Source: Bacteriovoracaceae bacterium (lineage in GTDB: Bacteria; Bdellovibrionota; Bacteriovoracia; Bacteriovoracales; Bacteriovoracaceae). Taken from it: 64,000 nt of DNA. The notes beneath the pieces were generated by a model. It was not told the DNA's origin, ran no database searches, and saw only the letters and a list, made by a program, of their open reading frames with translations. Shown here piece after piece: positions 57,569 to 64,000 of this stretch. A program made the position numbers and the translations under genes. Location: contig JABIHA010000011.1 of the NCBI GenBank assembly GCA_018649885.1, forward strand, positions 1 to 64,000, in the 5' to 3' direction. Within the stretch, counting starts at the first letter, position 1. Every line of letters starts with the position of its first letter.

Positions 57569-58291
57569 TTATTTACCCTGTTTTTTCTTCCAAATGATAA
57601 AGCCCACAACAGCTGCCAGCAGTAATCCCAGCAGTAAGGTGTCAGAGTTTCCTCCACCGCCTGAGCCGCCTTTTCTCTTGTTGATGCTCACATCAAATTC
57701 ACCTTGCTCAGGAATATAGGTGGAGCTTAAAAGATCATCGTCTTGACCTTTTAGTTTGACACCTTTCAGGCTTCCTTGTTTTTGAGCAAAGACCCTGAGT
57801 GTTTGAACAACTTTTTCGAAAACAGCTTGATAAGATGAGTAGTGATCTTTTGCCACAGAAAAAGTCACAGCTACGCCTAAACTTTCTTTGACTGTAGCAA
57901 GATATCTTGTGTAAAACCCTGGCACTTCACTGGCCAAATGTAGAGCATCAATCCATTGCTGACCACTAATGCTTTTGCTTTTTACATATTTTGGCTCGGA
58001 GACTTGAGTTTTGCCTCCAGGTAGTGAGTAGGTTTTACGATTTTTTAAATAGGCTTGATATTGATCGAGAGAATCTTGTTTACCTCTAGTTTTGGCGGCC
58101 AAAATAATGATCGCCTCTCTCTTTCTATCCTTATTTGCACTCTGACATACCCACTCTGATCCCTCAAGAGAGCACTCCCAACCTGGAGGAAGCTCAAATT
58201 CGCAAAACTGAGAGGTAAACCTTTTAGCAAAGGCTGAAGGCAAACAGAAAATGATGGCCAAAATGATTACAACCAATTGGTTTTTGTTCAT
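57569..58291 (-). CDS. Conserved hypothetical exported protein with C-terminal membrane anchor
   Basis: Signal peptide; FELPPGWEC; Gly linker, TM helix and basic tail. Confidence 0.7.
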   Translation of the reverse strand: MNKNQLVVIILAIIFCLPSAFAKRFTSQFCEFELPPGWECSLEGSEWVCQSANKDRKREAIIILAAKTRGKQDSLDQYQAYLKNRKTYSLPGGKTQVSEPKYVKSKSISGQQWIDALHLASEVPGFYTRYLATVKESLGVAVTFSVAKDHYSSYQAVFEKVVQTLRVFAQKQGSLKGVKLKGQDDDLLSSTYIPEQGEFDVSINKRKGGSGGGGNSDTLLLGLLLAAVVGFIIWKKKQGK

Positions 58292-58339
58292 AACTCACTT
58301 CCTTAGTGGTGGTAACAAAGATACGCTATTTTATCTTAA

Positions 58340-59581
58340 CTATTTAAATCTCACAATCATGCCCTCGCGAACATTTTTGTTTCTATATTTTCTAAAAATT
58401 TTAATTACTGATGTTTTAGGTCTGACTTCAAAAACAACTCCCGACCCTATTAATACATGACCACCAAGATAATCACCTTCGTAAATATCAACCTTTTGGC
58501 CTTTGTAAACATCTTCAGCTATTCCTCTATCACTTTTAATAAATCTCTCTCTTGGAGAAACCTTGGTAATGGCACCTTCAACTTCATAGTCTTTATACTG
58601 AGAAATAATGATTTCTTTTTCCTCAATGCCATGTCCTGTATAGACAATCGCCAGTGAAACCCCTGTGCCCATATCTGTTGAATTTCCTCTAAATGTCCTG
58701 TAACCCCTGAGTTCTGCTTTAACTTTTTCAGAGAAGGAGGCATTGGCACCAATATAGGGAGTTGTAATTGTTCTGTTTACACTATTCCACAAATAAGTGG
58801 CGCCAGTTCCAAGTGGAGTCCTAGCTGATGGAGTCGTTGAATGATCTGATGTCTTTAAAGATTCGATGCCCCTGACACCGGCGATCCAGCCAATATTTCC
58901 TGTAATGAAGGCGAGCTCTGAGTACCAAACAATTTCTTGGGATAGCTGTCTATTGGGGAAATTAACACCAATGCTGTTTGACCATAGAGTCCTGTAAGAC
59001 ATTTTATTGGCAAAGCGAACACCAAGCTCAATATTATTTTCTCCATCCCCAAGAACAATATTAGTATAAGGATCTAAGTAATTATAAGCATCATTGTTGT
59101 AGGTACTGGCACGATACTGAACATACATTCCTATAAGCCATGAGCCAGACGGATCAAAGCTATACTGACCGCCTAAGAGATAGGATTCTATGCCATTTTT
59201 TTTAGCATCGTGATAGACGGAAGATGTCGTTGTACCGGTAGTCGTGGTGGCTCCAAGCTGTCTTGAAGTATTGGAGCGGTACCGAAGCCCCAGGTAAACC
59301 TCCATATTCTCGGCAAAGCCATAGCGCATTTGGAGATCGCCTTCCCACTTTTGATAGCTTTCACCACTGTCCATGGTAACGCTCTTGCCCTGCTCATCCC
59401 AATGTTTTGAGGTTTTGAAGTAATCAACGGTGCCCCAAACTTGATAGCCTTTAAAACCCATACCATGGGCCCTCGCACGATATACAGCTTCTTTGGAATA
59501 ACCCATCGCCCTGGGTTGCAGAAGTATAATCGAGAGAATGTATAAAAGGACATAAGGTCCTATTTTAAAATTCTGGAACAT
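58340..59581 (-). CDS. Putative outer-membrane beta-barrel protein with C-terminal FlgT-C-like domain
   Basis: Signal peptide; alternating aromatic beta strands; tail DRGIAEDVYKGQKVDIY...VREGMIVRF. Confidence 0.6.
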   Translation of the reverse strand: MFQNFKIGPYVLLYILSIILLQPRAMGYSKEAVYRARAHGMGFKGYQVWGTVDYFKTSKHWDEQGKSVTMDSGESYQKWEGDLQMRYGFAENMEVYLGLRYRSNTSRQLGATTTTGTTTSSVYHDAKKNGIESYLLGGQYSFDPSGSWLIGMYVQYRASTYNNDAYNYLDPYTNIVLGDGENNIELGVRFANKMSYRTLWSNSIGVNFPNRQLSQEIVWYSELAFITGNIGWIAGVRGIESLKTSDHSTTPSARTPLGTGATYLWNSVNRTITTPYIGANASFSEKVKAELRGYRTFRGNSTDMGTGVSLAIVYTGHGIEEKEIIISQYKDYEVEGAITKVSPRERFIKSDRGIAEDVYKGQKVDIYEGDYLGGHVLIGSGVVFEVRPKTSVIKIFRKYRNKNVREGMIVRFK

Positions 59582-59670
59582 GGTCTTTCCTATTTATACT
59601 ATTATATATAGGTAGGACTATCTCCTCAAGTTTTTGAAAACAGGAAAGAATTGTAGGGACAATTAATTGA

Positions 59671-60264
59671 CTAAAATGTTCCGATGAATGGCGCAGAAGT
59701 TGCGTAGGACTCAGATTCAAAGCTAAAAGGATTTCCAACAGCAGTCCAGCCACACAAAGTTTTCTCAAACAAAGTAATTTGCTCGATTTTTAATTGAAAT
59801 GGAAATTCTAAATATTCTGAACAAGCTTCAATTGCAGAGTGCAAATCTTCTTCTTCTTTATATTTTCCCAGCAAGATGTAGCTGCTTTGAAAGTATTTTC
59901 TTTCTGGGCCAACCTCTTTTGAAAATTGATAATTGCCCATTAATAGTTTTTGAAAATGATAAAGTTCGTCTCGAATTTGGGATTTTAAAAATAAGAAATT
60001 CTTTCTCCCCTTAAAAACCTCCACTCCAGAACACTCAACAGTGATATTTCCAAGTCCACTAAAGAAGCTATCAGCATCATCATAGAGGTCTTCGAGTACC
60101 TTTGCTTTAAATTGATTTTCTAATTCGAAAGGAGGTGTGAGAGAAGCATAGATTTCTCCACTGCCAAAGCCACCCGGATCAAATCTTTTTTTTAATTGAA
60201 TGATTCCGTTGACCTGAGAATTACTGTTAGGAAATGTAATACCAATAAAGAATTTTGACTTCAC
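59671..60264 (-). CDS. 2'-5' RNA ligase (2H phosphoesterase)-like protein, degenerate
   Basis: FFIGI start, SLTPPF, ITLFEK...W pattern; His residues of the HxT motifs absent. Confidence 0.55.
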   Translation of the reverse strand: MKSKFFIGITFPNSNSQVNGIIQLKKRFDPGGFGSGEIYASLTPPFELENQFKAKVLEDLYDDADSFFSGLGNITVECSGVEVFKGRKNFLFLKSQIRDELYHFQKLLMGNYQFSKEVGPERKYFQSSYILLGKYKEEEDLHSAIEACSEYLEFPFQLKIEQITLFEKTLCGWTAVGNPFSFESESYATSAPFIGTF

Positions 60265-60396
60265 TCGTATCCTCCTTAGAGTCAGAGAGCACGCCTACAT
60301 AAAGCGTAGACGTTATTTAAGGTCGGTGCAAGAGAAAAATATTTTCTATTGGTAATTGATTTTAAAAACGGGGAGTTAGCATTTAAAGTGTGCCTT

Positions 60397-61716
60397 TTAG
60401 GCAGCTTTCTTGTGTTCACTACTTTTAATGACATCAACAGGTATATTGACTTCAGTTACCCAGAATGGGTCATCAAGATAGAGCTTTACATGTCCCTCTA
60501 ATGAATCCACTTGCCCCATCAGAGCTTGATAATGATTAGATATTTGATCCTCTTCTATTGGATTACTTTTATCATCGCTCAGAATTAATTTTTGCAGCTT
60601 TTTGTCTAATGAGCTTTGAATATCACGGATAGAACTCTTAAGGTTAAAGATTTTATTTTTAAGTGAAATTTTAAATACTCCACCCTCAAGTGAAAAGGTT
60701 AAATCGATAATCAAAGGCCCCTTACCATCTCCTTCTAAATATCTCATTTTGAATAAATTCGACAATATTCTCGTAATATTGGCCCTTGGTATAAAAAAAT
60801 CTTCTCCTCCAGAAAGAGGATCTCCAATTTGATCAACAAAATTCACATCAATAGAGCCTACGTAAGAAGAAAAATATGCATCAATTAATATATCGAGTTC
60901 GAGTTTAAACTTTGAGAATTTGATCCGCCCAGAAGATGGAATTCCTACGGTGGAAAGATCGAATTGATCTCTCAAAATATATTTATAGGTTTTAATATGT
61001 GAAATCAGACTAAGCGTTTCACTCTCACTTAATCCTCTGCCAAGTGCAATTCGTTTTTTAGCGAACACCTCAAGATTGTTAAATAATGTGACCATATCAT
61101 AGAAGAAATTTTTATCTCTTCTATCGAGCCACAAATCTCCTCTTTCAACCTCTTCACTGCAAAGCTGCTGATCTCTCCCCTTAAGTGAAGAAATAAAACT
61201 CATGCCAAATTGAGAACCATAGTAGCAAAGTGCCAAAAGTTTAGCAGCAAAAACGAGTAGCACCCATAAGAAGAGGACTTCGCTTATTGGCCTTTGTTTT
61301 ATTTGAAAAACAAATATACCAGAAAAGTAAATGGAAACTCCTAGAGCAAATAGTCCAACTCCTTTTTTCCTACCTTCTCTAAAATGAGAAGAAGAAATTT
61401 GCCAGATGGCCGGACCTAAGGCCAGTAGAAGTGGAAGTGGATTTGCCCACTCTATTCCAATTCCAGCAGCAGAGAGCACTTGAAATAGGAGATAAAACTG
61501 AACAAATTTTTTCTTATTTTGTGCCCAATAATAACTGAAATGAGCAAGACCGTACCAGGTAGTTAAAAGCAAGGTCATTAAATAAAAATTATGATAGACG
61601 AAATTCGAATTTGTACTAACACCAGCAAATGTGACTAAGAAATAAAAGGCACTACTAATGAACATGTAGGCCTTAAAAGGAATGTGGAAGCCATTTTTTT
61701 TCTCAAGTCTGGTCAT
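60397..61716 (-). CDS. Membrane protein with degenerate histidine-kinase-like C-terminus
   Basis: About 6 TM segments; FFYDMVTLF at H-box position, RILSNLFK N-box-like, EGHVKL C-terminal. Confidence 0.55.
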   Translation of the reverse strand: MTRLEKKNGFHIPFKAYMFISSAFYFLVTFAGVSTNSNFVYHNFYLMTLLLTTWYGLAHFSYYWAQNKKKFVQFYLLFQVLSAAGIGIEWANPLPLLLALGPAIWQISSSHFREGRKKGVGLFALGVSIYFSGIFVFQIKQRPISEVLFLWVLLVFAAKLLALCYYGSQFGMSFISSLKGRDQQLCSEEVERGDLWLDRRDKNFFYDMVTLFNNLEVFAKKRIALGRGLSESETLSLISHIKTYKYILRDQFDLSTVGIPSSGRIKFSKFKLELDILIDAYFSSYVGSIDVNFVDQIGDPLSGGEDFFIPRANITRILSNLFKMRYLEGDGKGPLIIDLTFSLEGGVFKISLKNKIFNLKSSIRDIQSSLDKKLQKLILSDDKSNPIEEDQISNHYQALMGQVDSLEGHVKLYLDDPFWVTEVNIPVDVIKSSEHKKAA

Positions 61717-61761
61717 CTCTATCCTTTAATACTCTGCGTAGATGACCAGTTTAATCCTGCA

Positions 61762-63042
61762 CTATTTTACAGGTTCAAATATGGCCTGATCACCAAGAGT
61801 TTCTTCTATGCGAAGCAACTGGTTGTACTTTTCCATCCGATCAGAACGACTAGCTGACCCCGTTTTAATGTGGCCTGCACCTGAAGCCACGCTGAGATCA
61901 CTAATAAAGCTATCGCCAGTTTCACCTGAGCGGTGTGAGATGATAGCCTTGAGTCCGTTTTTAAATGCCAAATCAAGAGTGTCAAAGGTCTCACTGAGAG
62001 TTCCAATTTGATTGACCTTGATCAATATGGCATTGGCCTGCTTCTCTTCTATACCCTTGGCGAGTATCTTCTTGTTGGTGACAAATAAGTCGTCACCAAT
62101 AATCACTACGCGTTCCCCAAGCTCTCTTGTCATGTTTACCCAGCCATTAAAATCAGCTTCGGCATGACCATCTTCGATAGAATAGATCGGGTATTTGTCC
62201 ATTAAACTTGAGTAATATCCTACCATGTCTTGTGAGCTAAACTCCTTAGATTGCATGAGATATTTCCCATCTTGATAGAATTCTGAGCTAGCAGAGTCTA
62301 AGGCCAGTGAGATATCACTACCCGGCTCATATCCAGCAGATTTTATTGACTCTAAAATTAGATCAATGGCCTCTTCATGAGATGACAAATTGGGTGCAAA
62401 GCCCCCCTCATCGCCTACATTAGTGGAATAACCTTTTCCGGATAACACTTTTTTAAGAGCATGAAATGTTTCAACACCCGCTCTAAAATTCTCACTAAAA
62501 CTTTTTTTCATATGGGGAACAATCATGAATTCTTGAATATCAAGATTATTAGAAGCATGCTCTCCGCCGTTAATTATATTCATTAAGGGAGTGGGAAGAG
62601 AGAGCTTCCCTCCTGCATTTGGACACTTTAAATCCTCAAATAAATAAAGAAAAAGAGGCTTTTTGACATCTAAGGCCCCTGCTCTTGCACAGGCCAAACT
62701 GACGGCGAGCATTGCATTGGCACCCAAATTCTTTTTATATTCATCGCCATCTAAATCCAGCATTTTTTGATCAATATCTCTTTGGTCACACACTTCCATT
62801 CCCAAAACTTGTGGAGCAATTTTGTCCATAATATTGGCAACGGCCTTTCTAACTGATTTTCCGCAGTAATAGCTTTTATCACCATCTCTAAGCTCTAGGG
62901 CCTCTCTACTGCCTGTTGAAGCGCCTGAAGGCACAGCTGCTCTGCCAAGGTTACCCAAACTGGTAAGTACATCAACCTCTACCGTCGGATTTCCTCTAGA
63001 ATCTAGAATTTGTCTTGCATGAATTTTTTCTATTTTTGACAT
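61762..63042 (-). CDS. eno: Enolase
   Basis: [39 protein letters not shown]; start MSKIEK at 63042 with GAGG RBS. Confidence 0.98.
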   Translation of the reverse strand: MSKIEKIHARQILDSRGNPTVEVDVLTSLGNLGRAAVPSGASTGSREALELRDGDKSYYCGKSVRKAVANIMDKIAPQVLGMEVCDQRDIDQKMLDLDGDEYKKNLGANAMLAVSLACARAGALDVKKPLFLYLFEDLKCPNAGGKLSLPTPLMNIINGGEHASNNLDIQEFMIVPHMKKSFSENFRAGVETFHALKKVLSGKGYSTNVGDEGGFAPNLSSHEEAIDLILESIKSAGYEPGSDISLALDSASSEFYQDGKYLMQSKEFSSQDMVGYYSSLMDKYPIYSIEDGHAEADFNGWVNMTRELGERVVIIGDDLFVTNKKILAKGIEEKQANAILIKVNQIGTLSETFDTLDLAFKNGLKAIISHRSGETGDSFISDLSVASGAGHIKTGSASRSDRMEKYNQLLRIEETLGDQAIFEPVK

Positions 63043-63144
63043 GGGTGACCTCACTTGGAACAAATGTGTTCGTCATTAAACCACGTTCCGACTAATTCGC
63101 CTAGACTCTGAATGGTCATTTTAATTTATAAAGAAATTTTTCTT

Positions 63145-64000
63145 CTATGCAGCTTTTTTTGAGATCTTTTGAACCCATTCGGGAGCAATAAATTTTGACT
63201 TGGGAAATGGCAGCTTATTAACCACTATCTGATCGAAGAAAGTGGGAAGGTAGTTGCAAGCAACCACCTCCCCAATGTACTTCCCGGTCTGCTCATCTTT
63301 GCCCGTTTGCATCCACCTAAAAATGTCACGCACAATATAACGACCGAATTCATCTACTCCTAAAACTTCACTAATATGAGAGGTTCTTCTACCACCATCA
63401 GAATAACGACTGCACTGGACCACCAACTGAAGGGCCGAGCCCACCATTTTTCTTACTGCATCGGGAGGAATTTGTGTATCCCCCATAAGTGCTAAGGTCT
63501 CAAGTCTAGTGCATGCCTCCGAAGGGTTATTGGCGTGAACCGTGCCCATAGAACCATCATGACCAGTATTCATAACTTGAATCAAATCCATTGCCTCTAC
63601 CCCACGAACTTCACCGACAATAATCCTATCAGGCCTTAGTCTCATAGCACTTTGTACTAAATGGGTGATACTCACTGGTTTGATTCCTCTATCTTTATTT
63701 TCATGTCTGGCCTCAAAATACACCACATGCTCAGCATCCACCTGTAGCTCTGCTGCATCTTCTATGACCAGTAATCTTTGAGTTTTTGGAATTCTTCCCC
63801 CCAGAACATTGAGCATAGTGGTTTTACCAGAGCCCGTTCCCCCAGAGACTAAAATATTTTTACCTAAATGAACGCAGATATCTAAAAAGCGAGCAGCATC
63901 AGCGGAAAGAGATCCAAAATTAATAAGGTCTTTTAAGGTCAAATCATCTTTTGAAAATTTTCTGATGGCAACTGTTGTACCCATTTTTGCCATTGGAGGT
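63145..64000 (-). CDS. cpaF: CpaF/TadA pilus-assembly ATPase (5' truncated by window)
   Basis: IRKF, SGGTGSGKTT, IEDAAEL, RLRPDRIIVGEVRG, MNTGHDG..TVHAN. Confidence 0.92.
   Translation of the reverse strand, partial: PPMAKMGTTVAIRKFSKDDLTLKDLINFGSLSADAARFLDICVHLGKNILVSGGTGSGKTTMLNVLGGRIPKTQRLLVIEDAAELQVDAEHVVYFEARHENKDRGIKPVSITHLVQSAMRLRPDRIIVGEVRGVEAMDLIQVMNTGHDGSMGTVHANNPSEACTRLETLALMGDTQIPPDAVRKMVGSALQLVVQCSRYSDGGRRTSHISEVLGVDEFGRYIVRDIFRWMQTGKDEQTGKYIGEVVACNYLPTFFDQIVVNKLPFPKSKFIAPEWVQKISKKAA

Overview
AT-rich chromosomal window, most likely from a predatory Bdellovibrionota (Bacteriovoracia-like) organism. The taxon is an inference from the TIGR02147/DUF4423 gene, a secreted protein with a GNG(G/S)D-type N-terminal motif, two lytic transglycosylases, TadA/CpaF and the fliD-fliS-GT9 layout. 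The window opens in the 5' end of an IS481-family transposase. It contains housekeeping genes (mrp, nadK, rlmE, rpsD, metH, fadI-like thiolase, eno) and a flagellar cap/glycosylation/two-component operon. An 11.6-kb purine/pyrimidine ring-catabolism cluster (short ygfK, dpaL/ygeX, ygeY, Se-type xdh, ssnA, nitrilase, hydA) lacks ygeW and carbamate kinase in this window. Non-coding structure seen directly: a ~190-bp inverted repeat enclosing a decayed four-helix-bundle (IVP/Avd-like) gene; two ~105-bp MITE-like hairpins with co-varying arms; a candidate sigma28-driven sRNA upstream of fliD; and a duplicated gene fragment with an equal-length swapped core. No rRNA, tRNA or CRISPR array was recognised. 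All family calls come from motif recognition by eye, not database searches.
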